Source: an uncultured delta proteobacterium | GTDB taxonomy: Bacteria; Myxococcota_A; Polyangia; Palsa-1104 | Assembly: GCA_963785725.1 (NCBI GenBank) | Contig: CAWAWS010000003.1 | Coordinates: forward strand, 32,001-96,000 | Direction: 5' to 3' | DNA length: 64,000 nucleotides | Part shown: positions 44,078-54,265 of the stretch, one piece after another | How the letters are laid out: each line of letters starts with the position of its first letter | Numbering within the stretch: position 1 is the first letter of the stretch | The notes under the pieces: model-generated | What the model was told of the DNA's origin: nothing | What the model saw: the letters and a program-made list of their open reading frames with translations, nothing else | The model's database searches: none | Made by a program: the position numbers and the translations under genes

Positions 44078-45723
44078 GCGGACCTAAAGAGCCGGCAGAT
44101 CCGCGTGACGAGGCAGCGGAAGCGTTCGGGCGGCGCGCCTATGATCACGATCCCGACGACGACGAGCGGCCGCCGGGGCCGGGTTTCGGCCGGCGCGACT
44201 ACGATCGGCCGCGCGCCGACGATCGCGAGACGCACGACGCGCACGGCCAGGTCGAGCGCGACCGCGACGGCACGCGCGACGACAGCCGCCGAAGCCACCG
44301 CGACGACAACGGCCACGACCGCGACGACAACGGCCATGACCGCGACGGCAAGCCGCCCGGCCAACGGCGGCAGACGCGCAGCTTTCGCGGCCTCGGCCTC
44401 GCGCTCGTCGTCCTCGTCTGCATCGGCGCGCTCGGCGCCGGCATCCTCTTCCTGCGCCACCATGCGCGGCTGACCAAGGAGCGGCAATCGCGCCACGACG
44501 TCGTCAGCCGCGGACCGCGCATCTTCTACGCCAAGGTCGACGAGCAGCCGGCCCAGCGCGAAATGACCGTCACCGCCGACGTGCGCGGCTTCTCGCAAGC
44601 GACGATCTACGCCAAGGTCTCCGGCTACGTCAAATCGATCGCGGTCGACAAAGGCGACAGCGTGCACGCCGGCCAGCTCATCGGCGTGCTCGAATCGCCC
44701 GAAGTCGACCAGCAAGTGGCCGCCGCCGAGGCCGATCTGATCATCAAGCGGCGCACCTTCGAGCGCTATCAAAAGCTCGTCGCCAAAGACTTCGTGTCGG
44801 CGCAGGACTTCGAGACGGCGCGCGCGCAATATGGCGTGTCCGAGGCGCTGTTGCGGCAGATGCGAGCGCTGCAGGCGTACGAGACGCTGCGCGCGCCGTT
44901 CGCGGGCACGATCACGGCCCGTTATGTCGACCCGGGCGCGCTCGTGCCGGCGGCGACCGGCTCGACGGAGAGCGCGCTGCCGATGGTCGATATCGCCGAT
45001 CTGCGCCGCCTGCGCATCACCGTCTTCGTGCAGCAGGACGCCGCGCCCTTCTTGCACGTCGGCGATCCGGTGACGATCACCGTCGACGAGCGGCCGGATC
45101 TGAAGATCAAAGCGGTCATCTCGCGCTTCACGCAGGCGCTCGATACGCGCTCGCGAATGATGTTGTGCGAAGTGTGGATCGACAATAAGGAGAACCTCTA
45201 TCCGGGAACGTTCGTGCACGTGAAGCTGACGCTGCAAGGGCGCAAGACGCCGCAAGTGCCGTCGTCGGCGCTGCTCCTGCACGACAACCAGCCGGCGGTG
45301 GGCGTGATTCGCGACGGCAAGGTGCACTTCGTCGGCGTGCAGCCCGGCGTCGACGATGGGCACCTCGTGCAAATCCTCGCGGGTTTGCAGCCGGGCGAGC
45401 AGGTGGCGCTCAGCTTGCCGGCGGAGATCCCCGACGGCGCGACGGTGCAGCCGGTCGAGCAGCAAAAGTCGCAGCAAGAGGGCCCGAAAGGCGCGGAAGC
45501 GGCACCCGTCGACAAGTCGGGGCCGCGGCAACAAGCGACCACGTCGGGCAGCGACAAAGACAAAGACAAGGACAAGAAGAACACTAAGAACGACACAGGC
45601 AGTGGTGACAAATCGCCGCAGCCGGGCGTTGAGAGTAGTGGTGACAAATCGCCGCAGCCTGCCGGCAAGGGCGGCGACAAGGCGAGCTCGCGCTCCAGCG
45701 GGAGCGATAAAGCCGGGCAATGA
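44074..45723 (+). CDS. RND periplasmic adaptor (MFP) with low-complexity N- and C-terminal extensions
   Basis: TM segment, then IYAKVSGYVK..VDKGD, LRAPFAGTITAR.VDPG. Confidence 0.9.
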   Translation: MSGPKEPADPRDEAAEAFGRRAYDHDPDDDERPPGPGFGRRDYDRPRADDRETHDAHGQVERDRDGTRDDSRRSHRDDNGHDRDDNGHDRDGKPPGQRRQTRSFRGLGLALVVLVCIGALGAGILFLRHHARLTKERQSRHDVVSRGPRIFYAKVDEQPAQREMTVTADVRGFSQATIYAKVSGYVKSIAVDKGDSVHAGQLIGVLESPEVDQQVAAAEADLIIKRRTFERYQKLVAKDFVSAQDFETARAQYGVSEALLRQMRALQAYETLRAPFAGTITARYVDPGALVPAATGSTESALPMVDIADLRRLRITVFVQQDAAPFLHVGDPVTITVDERPDLKIKAVISRFTQALDTRSRMMLCEVWIDNKENLYPGTFVHVKLTLQGRKTPQVPSSALLLHDNQPAVGVIRDGKVHFVGVQPGVDDGHLVQILAGLQPGEQVALSLPAEIPDGATVQPVEQQKSQQEGPKGAEAAPVDKSGPRQQATTSGSDKDKDKDKKNTKNDTGSGDKSPQPGVESSGDKSPQPAGKGGDKASSRSSGSDKAGQ

Positions 45724-47135
45724 CGATGCGCACGGCCGTCTTCTTGCTGCTGCTGGCGTCGCGTGCGGCCTTGGCCGACACCTTGACGCTCGATGACGCC
45801 GTGCGCATGGCGCGCGCGCACCATCCGACGGTCGACGCGCAGCGCGGGCAGGTCGTCGTCGCGCACGGCCGCCGCGAGCAGGCGCTGGCCAGGCTGCTGC
45901 CGTCGCTGCAAGGCAGCTTCGGCTATGTGCCGCAGACGTCGAACCTGGTGGCGACGCCGCAGCTGACGCGCGAGCTCATCACGGCGACGGGGCAAGATCA
46001 CGTCATCGATACGGGCGGCGTCGATACGCTCGTCACCTGCCGCACGCCGGGCGTGCGCAACTGCGTGCCGCTTCCGGCCATGGCGAACAGCTGGGCGCTG
46101 CAAAACTTCTGGACGATGCAGGTCGGCTTGTCGTGGACGCTCTTCGACTGGGGCACCTCCATTTACGGCTACAAGAGCGCGCGTCGCGTGGTGGCATCGG
46201 CGGAGGTCGGCGTGCACACGGCGCAGCGCAACGTCGTGCTCGACGCCAAGCTGGCGTTCTTCGCGGCGCTGGCGGCCGACGAGCAGCTCGTCGTGGCGCG
46301 CGACGCCGTGCAGACGTTCGGCGCGCACGTCGAGCAGACGCGCGCGTTTCACGACACCGGCCTGCGCACCGGCATCGACGTGGCGACGGTCGAGTCGGCG
46401 CTGGCCTCGGCCGGGTTCACGTTGGCGCGGGCGGTGGCGGCGCGCGAGACGGCGCGGGCGGCGCTGGCGTTGGCGCTGGGCGAGGACCATCCGCCCGAGT
46501 GGCAGCTCGTGGCCGAGGGCAACTTGTTCGACTTTCGCCCCGACGATCGCGAGCGCAGCATCACCAGCGACGACGCGCTGACCGACACGGCGCTGCGGCA
46601 GCGCACCGAGCTGATGGAGCTCAGGCTGCAGGAGACGAGCGCCGTCGATCTCGTCAAGGCCGCGCGCGGCGCCTATTTGCCGCAGCTGACGCTCAACGCC
46701 GGGCCGAGTTGGGCCGGTGGCAGCTTGGCCGAGCTGACGCCGAACGTGACGTTCACCATCGCCATCGGCTATCCGACCTACGGCATGAGCCCGCTCGCCG
46801 TCCACGGCCAAGTCCGCGAGGCCCAGGGCAACGTCGCCATCACGCGCGCGCAGGAGCGCGCCACCCGCGACGCCATTCGCCAGGACGTCGTCGACGGTCA
46901 CGCGCAGCTGGCGGCGTCGCGCGAGGAGATCATCGCGGCGCTGGCAGCGGTGCACGCGGCGGCGCGCCAACGGGAACTGGCCGAAGGGCGCTACCAAAAC
47001 GGCGTCGGCAACGTCATCGAGCTGCAGGACGCGCTCTTGGCCGACATCAACGCGCGCTTCCAGCTCGTGCAGGCGCGGCTCGACATCGCGTCGGCGCGGG
47101 CGCGACTGCAGCACGCGCTCGGCGAAGACAACTGA
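45720..47135 (+). CDS. TolC-family outer membrane factor
   Basis: Signal peptide, LTLDDAV, AYLPQL, RYQNGVGNVIELQDA. Confidence 0.9.
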   Translation: MTMRTAVFLLLLASRAALADTLTLDDAVRMARAHHPTVDAQRGQVVVAHGRREQALARLLPSLQGSFGYVPQTSNLVATPQLTRELITATGQDHVIDTGGVDTLVTCRTPGVRNCVPLPAMANSWALQNFWTMQVGLSWTLFDWGTSIYGYKSARRVVASAEVGVHTAQRNVVLDAKLAFFAALAADEQLVVARDAVQTFGAHVEQTRAFHDTGLRTGIDVATVESALASAGFTLARAVAARETARAALALALGEDHPPEWQLVAEGNLFDFRPDDRERSITSDDALTDTALRQRTELMELRLQETSAVDLVKAARGAYLPQLTLNAGPSWAGGSLAELTPNVTFTIAIGYPTYGMSPLAVHGQVREAQGNVAITRAQERATRDAIRQDVVDGHAQLAASREEIIAALAAVHAAARQRELAEGRYQNGVGNVIELQDALLADINARFQLVQARLDIASARARLQHALGEDN

Positions 47136-47281
47136 TGTGACGGTCGCTGAGCGAGATGCCGTGCTAATTCGGCTTCGGCCCGTCGGGCGATTCGAAGGTC
47201 ATTACGACGCCGACATTCTCGATTACGCGCCACTGATTGCGCTCAGTTTCGTCACGCGCGCCGCAATGATATCGTTCGCGC

Positions 47282-47611
47282 ATGAGCCATTATCACGACA
47301 GCGATGATTTGAAGCTCCTGGCCGACCTCAAGAAGCTGGCGCCCAACGACTTCGACGGCTTCGTCAAGCTCGACGCCACCGTCGGCCGCACCGGCGGCGC
47401 GATCCCCGTCAAATATCGCGAATTGATGGCGCTCGCCGTCGCCTGTACGACGCAGTGCCCGTATTGCCTCGATGTGCACACGCGCAAGGCGAAGCTGGCC
47501 GGCGCGACGCGCGAAGAAGTGGCCGAGACGGTGTTCATCACCGCCGCCATGCGCGCCGGCGCCGCCGTGACGCACGGCGCGCTCGCGCTCAAGCTCTTCG
47601 ATCGCGAATAG
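47282..47611 (+). CDS. CMD/AhpD-family protein
   Basis: KYRELMALAVACTTQCPYCLDVH...GATREEVAE. Confidence 0.92.
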   Translation: MSHYHDSDDLKLLADLKKLAPNDFDGFVKLDATVGRTGGAIPVKYRELMALAVACTTQCPYCLDVHTRKAKLAGATREEVAETVFITAAMRAGAAVTHGALALKLFDRE

Positions 47612-47729
47612 CGGCCTCGGCTTCGTGCCGACGCGGCGATTGCAATCGCTACTGTCGGGATTGCCAATACGAGACTGAAGGCGTCGCCGGAATCGTTAGT
47701 GCGACACGGATTGAGGCAGTCCGGCTGTC

Positions 47730-47797
47730 GTCAAGCAGCTTGACCATCGTCGTCAAGCTTCTTGACTATCGATACTGAAGTGGTTGCTTCAGTATCG
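47730..47797. promoter_or_regulatory. Tandem GTCAAG-N3-CTTGAC palindromes plus an 11-bp inverted repeat
   Basis: 47730-47744 and 47752-47766 (22-bp period); CGATACTGAAG-N6-CTTCAGTATCG at 47770-47797. Confidence 0.6.
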
Positions 47798-48026
47798 CCG
47801 TGCCGGTGCCGCTGGCGCCGGCGACCTCGGCGCATCATAGCGGCAAGCGCGCGAAGGGCCGCGCCGGCGACGCGAGCTTGACGTAGGCGGCTGCGTACTC
47901 GCCGTTACATCTGCGCCTGTCCACCGTCGTGTTACACGCGGAGCCGTCGGTCCTCGTTTCCGTCGCGGCAACTCCGCGCCGAGCGTCGCAGGCGGCGTCG
48001 GCATAGTCCCTGCTCACTGTCGGCGC

Positions 48027-48973
48027 ATGCATCGCAGGCTCGTGGGGCTCTTCGGCTGCGCGACCGCGCTCGTCCTCGTCGGTTGCGGCGGCAGCGCGGA
48101 CATGGGGTCGGCGGCCGGTGGCAGCGGCAGCGCCGGCGGCGCGAGCGCGGCCGGCGGCAACGGCGCGGCCGGCGGCAGCGGCAGCGCCGGCGGCGACATG
48201 AGCGGGCCGACGAGCGACGGCGGCGCCGCGAGCGACGACGGCGGCATGAGCGGCGACGACGGCGGTCCCAAAGCGCTCGATCCGACGGTGGCGCCGGGCG
48301 GCAACTTCAACTTGACCGTATGGGAGCTGCAGGAACCGTATGGATCGCCGGGCGCGCCGACGACGTACACCTCCGCCCAGCTCGAAGGACCGACCGGGCT
48401 GAACGACGCCTACTTCTATACCGACAAGACCGATGGCTCGATGATGTTTTGGGATCCCGAGAACGGGGTGACGACGCCCAACTCGATGTATCCGCGCTCG
48501 GAGCTGCGCGAGATGACGGCGACGGGCGCGGCCGCCAATTGGGCCATCGCCGGGACGCATACGCTGTCGGCGACCTTGAAGATAGTCAAGGTGCCTGACC
48601 ATGTCGCGGTCGGGCAGATCCACCTCGGCACCGGAACGCCGGCGTCGACGAAGCCGCTGCTCGAGCTCTATTATTATGCGAACGGCGATATCAAGATCGG
48701 CATCGAGACGTCGCCGGCCGGCGGCGACGAGCCGCAGACCAGGTCGGCAGCGTGGCGCTGGGCACGCAGTGGAGCTACGTCATCGGGCTGTCGGGCGACG
48801 ATATTACGCTGACGATCAATGGCGGCGCCGTGCAAAAGTTCACGATGGATTCGTCCTTCAACGCCGAGAATATGTACTTCAAGGCCGGCGACTACGATCA
48901 GTCGGTGGGCACCGATGCCACGGTGGGCGCGCAAGTGCAGTTCTACGCCTTGACGGTGTTTCACGGGCCGTAG
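48027..48973 (+). CDS. Polysaccharide lyase family 7 (alginate lyase-like) lipoprotein, frameshift near 48740
   Basis: Lipobox LVGC; RSELRE, GQIH and YFKAGDYDQ motifs. Confidence 0.92.
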
Positions 48974-49040
48974 CCCGCCAGCGCGTTGACGTCGCGCGGC
49001 CGACCGTGCGCGCGCGATTCGCGTTAACGTCGTCGGCACC

Positions 49041-49814
49041 ATGGACCTGGAGCTGACGCGGAAGACGGCGATCGTGACGGGCGCGAGCCGCGGAATCGGG
49101 CGCGCCATCGCGCTCGCGCTCGCCAAAGAGGGCATGCGGCTGGTGTTGACGGCGCGCGATGCGCTGGCGCTCGCGGACGTGGCCGACGCGGCGGGCGGCG
49201 ACGTCCTCGTGCAGGCGTGCGACCTGCGCGCGCCGGACGCGCCGGCGGCCGTCGTCGCCGCGGCGGTCGCGCGCTTCGGCGGCGTCGACCTCGTCGTCAA
49301 CAACGCCGGCGCCACCAAGCGCGGCGACTTCTTCGCGCTCACCGATGAAGACTTCGTCGACGGGTTCGCGCTCAAATACTTCGCGCACGTGCGACTGTTG
49401 CGGGCGGCGTGGCCGTGGCTCGTGCGATCGGCCGGCTGCGTCGTGCAGGTCGTCGGAGTCGGCGGCCGAACGCCGGGCGCGGAGTTTGCGATCGGCGGCT
49501 CGGTCAATGCGGCGCTGATGGCCCTGACGAAGACGATGGCGGCGCGCGGAATGACGGACGGCGTGCGCGTCTGCGCGGTCAACCCCGGCAGCATCGCCAC
49601 CGAGCGGCTCGAGCGGCGCATCGCGGCGCTCGCGGCCGAGCGCGGCGTCGATCGCGATGGCGCGGCGGCGGCGCTGGCGGAGTCGCTCGGGGTCACGCGC
49701 TTCGGCACGCCGGCGGAGATCGCGGCGGTCGTGGCGTTTCTGGCGTCGCCGCGCGCGTCGTTCGTGCAGGGCGCCATCGTCGACGTCGATGGCGGAGCGA
49801 CGCGGACGCTGTAG
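49041..49814 (+). CDS. SDR oxidoreductase
   Basis: TGASRGIG, VVNNAG, VDVDGG; YxxxK replaced by GGSVN. Confidence 0.9.
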   Translation: MDLELTRKTAIVTGASRGIGRAIALALAKEGMRLVLTARDALALADVADAAGGDVLVQACDLRAPDAPAAVVAAAVARFGGVDLVVNNAGATKRGDFFALTDEDFVDGFALKYFAHVRLLRAAWPWLVRSAGCVVQVVGVGGRTPGAEFAIGGSVNAALMALTKTMAARGMTDGVRVCAVNPGSIATERLERRIAALAAERGVDRDGAAAALAESLGVTRFGTPAEIAAVVAFLASPRASFVQGAIVDVDGGATRTL

Positions 49815-49905
49815 CTCGAGGCGCCGAACGCCGCGCGTGCCTCGCGTTTCGGTGGCGCACTTCCGTCGCGCGCGCCGCAGCTTAGATTTCACGAAGGAGG
49901 CTCAC

Positions 49906-50172
49906 ATGCGCGCGATCCTCGCCGCCCTCTTCGTGCTCGTCTGCTGCGGCGTAGCCTTCGCCGGCGAGCCGTTGCCCGTCGGCAGCCAATGCGGCGCGCG
50001 CGACAAATGCACGAAGGACGCCGCCTGCCGCGACGGCCACTGCATGCAAGTCCGCAACATCCCCGCCGGTGGCCACTGCGAGCCGGCGCTCGGCACGACC
50101 TGCGCCGACGGCCTCGCCTGCTGCGAGCTGACGTGCGCCAAACCCGGCTCCGGCGCCGGCTGCGCGCGCTGA
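49906..50172 (+). CDS. Small secreted Cys-rich protein
   Basis: AAGGAGG RBS, signal peptide MRAILAALFVLVCCGVAFA, many Cys. Confidence 0.75.
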   Translation: MRAILAALFVLVCCGVAFAGEPLPVGSQCGARDKCTKDAACRDGHCMQVRNIPAGGHCEPALGTTCADGLACCELTCAKPGSGAGCAR

Positions 50173-50355
50173 CGCCGCGCCGGCGACAGCTCCGTCACGC
50201 GTGGCTGCTGCTTTTGGGGGCGCGCCTGGGTGCCAAGCGCGTGCGCCCGCGATAAACCATGGATCGGCGTGCCTGACTAAAAGATGGCCGATTCCGACGG
50301 AGCGGCCTCGCGAGCGGGCACAGCCCGCCCTCGCGAGCCCGCCATGCCGTAGACC

Positions 50356-50477
50356 GCCGCCACGCTCGCCGCGTCAGCCGCCACGCTCGTCGCGTCAGCC
50401 GCCCCGCTCGTCGCGTCAGCCGCCCCGCTCGTCGCGTCAGCCGCCCCGCTCGTCGCGCCAGCCGCCACGCTCGTCGC
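50356..50477. repeat. 21-bp tandem repeat (GCCGCC[AC]CGCTCGTCGCGTCA), about 5.8 copies
   Basis: Contiguous units just upstream of the P450. Confidence 0.85.
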
Positions 50478-50517
50478 CGCACTAGAACTTGTGTCATTCC
50501 CCGCCGACGTTGCTACG

Positions 50518-51861
50518 ATGCCGCCGATGATCCTCAACCCGCTGCGCCGGCGCGTCCGCCACCGTCACGGCTTTCCCGTCATGCCCGGCGGCTTCCCCGT
50601 CGTCGGCCACATGCCCGCCGTCGCCACCGGCTACCTGCAGCTCGTCCGCGCCGCCGAAGCCCGGTTCGGCAAGTTCTTCTGGCTCGAAGGCGTCCTCGGC
50701 TCGACGCAGCTCAACTGCCTCGACCCCGACGTCTTCACCATCTTCAAGAACAAGCTGACGACCTCGACCTACTTGCAGACGCTGTTCGCCGAGCTGTTCG
50801 GCGGCTCGCTCATCGCCCAAGACGGCCCGCCGCATCATCACATGCGCTCGGCCATGAACCTGCCCTTCTTGCCGCGCGGCCTCACGGCGTCCGAGGTCGG
50901 CCCGATGGTCGCCGAGACGATCGAGCGCCGCGTCGCGACCTGGCCCACGCGCGGCGACGTGCAGATCCTGGCCGAGACGCGCGAGATGGTCTTGGCCGTC
51001 ATGTTTCGCCTCTTGGGCGTGGCCGAGACCGAGCTGTCGGCGTGGCGGCAGCATTACGAGGAGTTCATGCTCCTCGCCGTCAACCTTCCGTTCGACCTGC
51101 CCTACTCACCGCGTCGCCGCGGCTTGAAGGCGCGCGAATGGCTCGACGAGCGGCTCCTCAAGTTCATCCGCGCCGCGCGCGCCAACCCCGACGGGCACGG
51201 CCTCCTGCCCGCGCTCGTGCAAGCGCGCGACGAAGAGGGGCAGCCGCTGACCGAGCGCGAGCTCGTCGACAACTTGCGGCTGCTCGTGCTCGCCGGCCAC
51301 GAGACCTCGGCGTCGACGATGGCGTGGATGACCATCAAGCTCGCCCAGCGCCCCGACGTCTGGGACAAGCTGTGCGCCGAAGTCGCCGCCGTCGGCGCCG
51401 CGCCGCGCACGCCCAAAGAATTGCGCAATTTCCCCTACGCCGAAGCCATCTTCCGTGAGTCGCTGCGGCTGCATCCGCCGGTGTCGAGCGACGCGCGCCG
51501 CACGCTCGTCGCGCTCGAGCTCGGCGGTCGCACGATCCCCGCCGGCGAGATGATCACCATCTCGATCATGCATTTGTCGCGGCATCCGTCGCTGTACGAG
51601 CGGCCGGACGAGTTCATGCCCGAGCGCTGGATCGGCCGCAACGAAGCCATCAGCCCCATCGAGCTCGTGCAGTTCGGCGGCGGTCCCCACTTCTGTCTCG
51701 GCTATCACCTGGCGTGGATGGAGATCGTGCAATACGTCGTGGCGCTGGCGACGGTGATGCGCCGTCGCAACCTGCAGCCGCGCCTGACCGGCGCGCCGCC
51801 CGCCGCGCGCTATCTGCCGCTGCACCATCCGGCGCCGTCGACGCACATCGCGTTCGCCTGA
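50518..51861 (+). CDS. Cytochrome P450, CYP117-like
   Basis: LAGHETSAS, ESLR, FGGGPHFCLG; the N-terminus LNPL..R...PVMPGGFPVVGH and C-terminal GYHLAWME resemble CYP117 as recalled. Confidence 0.9.
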   Translation: MPPMILNPLRRRVRHRHGFPVMPGGFPVVGHMPAVATGYLQLVRAAEARFGKFFWLEGVLGSTQLNCLDPDVFTIFKNKLTTSTYLQTLFAELFGGSLIAQDGPPHHHMRSAMNLPFLPRGLTASEVGPMVAETIERRVATWPTRGDVQILAETREMVLAVMFRLLGVAETELSAWRQHYEEFMLLAVNLPFDLPYSPRRRGLKAREWLDERLLKFIRAARANPDGHGLLPALVQARDEEGQPLTERELVDNLRLLVLAGHETSASTMAWMTIKLAQRPDVWDKLCAEVAAVGAAPRTPKELRNFPYAEAIFRESLRLHPPVSSDARRTLVALELGGRTIPAGEMITISIMHLSRHPSLYERPDEFMPERWIGRNEAISPIELVQFGGGPHFCLGYHLAWMEIVQYVVALATVMRRRNLQPRLTGAPPAARYLPLHHPAPSTHIAFA

Positions 51862-51936
51862 CGACGCCGCCGAGCGCCAGGCGCCGCCGCACCGCGCACC
51901 CGTTCAGCGCGCGCGACGTCACGCCCCAGCGACGCG

Positions 51937-52707
51937 TCACGGCAGCGCGACGCCGCTGACCTCGGCGCAATAGGCCACGAGCGCGTCCTGCAGCCGGCGA
52001 TCGTGCACCGCCGCGTGCGTCTCCTGCAGTCGCTGGTGAAAGAAATATTGCCCGCTCACCGTCGCGGCCGCGTCGTCGCTGACGGCGAGCCACGCCTGCG
52101 TCACCGCGCCCAGCGCCAGGTCGTCGGGCGCGCCGCGGCCGCCCATCTTCGTCGGCACCCAGCCCGGCTCGAGCGCGTTGACGAGCGCGCCGGGCCAGCG
52201 CCGCGCCACGGCGAACGCCAACACGACGTCGTAGAGCTTACTGTTGGCATACGCTTGCGAGCCGTTCCAGGCGCGCGTCTTCCACTCGGGGTCGCGCACG
52301 TTGGCCTCGCCGCCGCGATGCATGCCCGAGCTCACGTAGACGAGCCGCCGCGGCCGCTGCATCAGCGCCGTCAACACATAGGGCGCCACGACATTGATGG
52401 CGAACAGCCGCTCGAGGCCATCCTCGGTCTGCACGCGCCGCGGCTCGCGATAGCCGACGGCCACGTTGTGCACGACCGCGTCGAAGGTGCCGATGGCGTT
52501 GGCCTGCGCGGCGACGTCGCGCATCGCCGCCAGCGTCGCCACGTCGCCGACGACGACGTGCTCGGCCGCCGGCAGCCGCGCCTTGGCGTCGGCGGCGCGC
52601 GCGGCATTGCGCGCATGCAGCGTCACGCGATGGCCGTCGGCGGCCAGCCGCTCGGCCGTCATCAGGCCCAATCCATCGCTCGATCCGGTGACGAGAATTC
52701 GCGCCAT
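51937..52707 (-). CDS. SDR oxidoreductase
   Basis: TGSSDGLG, YANSK, EPGWVPTKMGG. Confidence 0.92.
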   Translation of the reverse strand: MARILVTGSSDGLGLMTAERLAADGHRVTLHARNAARAADAKARLPAAEHVVVGDVATLAAMRDVAAQANAIGTFDAVVHNVAVGYREPRRVQTEDGLERLFAINVVAPYVLTALMQRPRRLVYVSSGMHRGGEANVRDPEWKTRAWNGSQAYANSKLYDVVLAFAVARRWPGALVNALEPGWVPTKMGGRGAPDDLALGAVTQAWLAVSDDAAATVSGQYFFHQRLQETHAAVHDRRLQDALVAYCAEVSGVALP

Positions 52708-52938
52708 GCCCGCTCCCTTCGTCGACTTCGAGCCGCCACGAACGACCGCTCGCGACGTGCAGTATGCGTCGCGCCCGTCGCGCCGGCGACTGCCGCGCGG
52801 TCATGACGACGATGCCGCGCCGTCATGCCCTCCGGGATTCGATCGTCATGGGCGAACGCGCCGCCTGCACAATTTCTGTAACGCCGGCGCCGATCGCGCG
52901 ATTGGCGCGGCGCGCGCCTGGTCGGCTAGGCTGACCCC

Positions 52939-53382
52939 ATGCTGCTGAGCGCGTCCAATCCCACGTTCGTCTACTACGCCGTCACGGTGCTCCTCATGAG
53001 CAGCTTGCTCATTTTCTTGTGGGCCTACAGCGGCGCGGTGCGCGGCAAGACCAAGACCGCCATGAACCCCGAAGACGGCCGCGCGTACGGCGCGCCCGTC
53101 GTCGCGCTCGACCCGCCCGAAGTCGCCCGCGTCTTGCGCGCGCACGCCAACGCGCAGGCCAACATCATCCCCTTCTTGCTGATCGGCTTCGTCTTCGTCG
53201 CGCTCGGCGGCGGCTCGACGATGGGCGCGGTCGTCTTCGGCGCGTTCGTGCTCTGTCGCTTCGCCCACGCGGCCGTCTATCTCGCCGGCAAGCAGCCCTG
53301 GCGCACGCTCTCGTTCGTCCTCGGCGGCGTCGTCACCATGGTCCTCGTCGGCGACGTCATCCACCTCTTGATGAGCCGCTGA
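52939..53382 (+). CDS. MAPEG family membrane protein
   Basis: NPED...VARVLRAHAN..NIIPF, RFAH..VY. Confidence 0.88.
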   Translation: MLLSASNPTFVYYAVTVLLMSSLLIFLWAYSGAVRGKTKTAMNPEDGRAYGAPVVALDPPEVARVLRAHANAQANIIPFLLIGFVFVALGGGSTMGAVVFGAFVLCRFAHAAVYLAGKQPWRTLSFVLGGVVTMVLVGDVIHLLMSR

Positions 53383-53383
53383 C

Positions 53384-53746
53384 ATGGTGACGCGAACGCT
53401 GTATGTCATCGCCGTCCCCGACCTCGAGCGCAGCGCGGCGTTTTACCGCGACGTGCTCGGCTTCACCGTCGAGACGATGGGCGATCCCGGCTGGCGCATG
53501 CTCGTCCACGGCGCCTGTCGCATCATGGCCGGCGAGTGCCCCGACGCGCTGCCGCCGCGCGAGCTCGGCGACCACTCGTACTTCGCCTACCTCGTCGTCG
53601 ACGACGTCGCCGCCTGGTGGGCGCGCGTCGCCGGCCGCGCCGAGATCGGCAAGCCGCTCACCGACGAGCCCTGGGGAATGCGCGAGTTCGGCCTGCGCAC
53701 GAGCGACGGCCACCGCCTCATGATCGGCCAGCCGCTGCCCGCGTAG
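53384..53746 (+). CDS. VOC/glyoxalase family protein
   Basis: VPDLERSAAFYRDVLGF, DEPWGMREF..DGHRLMIG. Confidence 0.92.
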   Translation: MVTRTLYVIAVPDLERSAAFYRDVLGFTVETMGDPGWRMLVHGACRIMAGECPDALPPRELGDHSYFAYLVVDDVAAWWARVAGRAEIGKPLTDEPWGMREFGLRTSDGHRLMIGQPLPA

Positions 53747-53759
53747 CCGCGCCCGGCTT

Positions 53760-54038
53760 TCAGCGCGTCAGCCGCGCCTCGCGCATTTGCCAGCGCGCCT
53801 TGGCCTTGTCGCGTTCGCCCTCGCGCGTCCGCACGCTGCCGCGCGCCGGCAGCGCCGCCAAGAGGCGCTCGGTCGTCGCCGCGATCTCGTCGACGGCGCG
53901 GGCGATGGCCGCTTCATCCGCCGCCGCCGGCTTGCCGATACCTCCTACTTTGCGCACGTATTGCAGCGCCGCGGCGCGGATCTCTTCCGGTGTCGTCGGG
54001 GGCGCGAAGTTGTGCAAGACGCGAATGTTGCGACACAT
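53760..54038 (-). CDS. DUF2277-family protein
   Basis: MCRNIRVLHNF.PP.T.EEIRAAALQYVRKV. Confidence 0.85.
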   Translation of the reverse strand: MCRNIRVLHNFAPPTTPEEIRAAALQYVRKVGGIGKPAAADEAAIARAVDEIAATTERLLAALPARGSVRTREGERDKAKARWQMREARLTR

Positions 54039-54265
54039 CCCGCAAGCATAATCGATAATCGCGTGACCGCCGCCGCCGGCGCCGCGCGTCAATCCTACAT
54101 CGTCACCGAGCGCGCACCGTCACCTCCGCGCCACGCCATCTTCCGCGACAGCGACGCCAAAAACGCCGCGCATCTCGTCCTACGCGCCAACGATCGATCT
54201 CCGTCGCCCGCATCAGCGTAAGGATTGGGTGTATCGTCAGGGGCGCTGAACTTTTAGGAGTCACG

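Noticed and set aside
50356..50477. 21-bp repeat as a coding ORF (50277..50537 - or 50201..50485 +)
   Set aside because: The open frames follow from the 21-bp period; there is no convincing RBS or protein-like sequence outside the repeat
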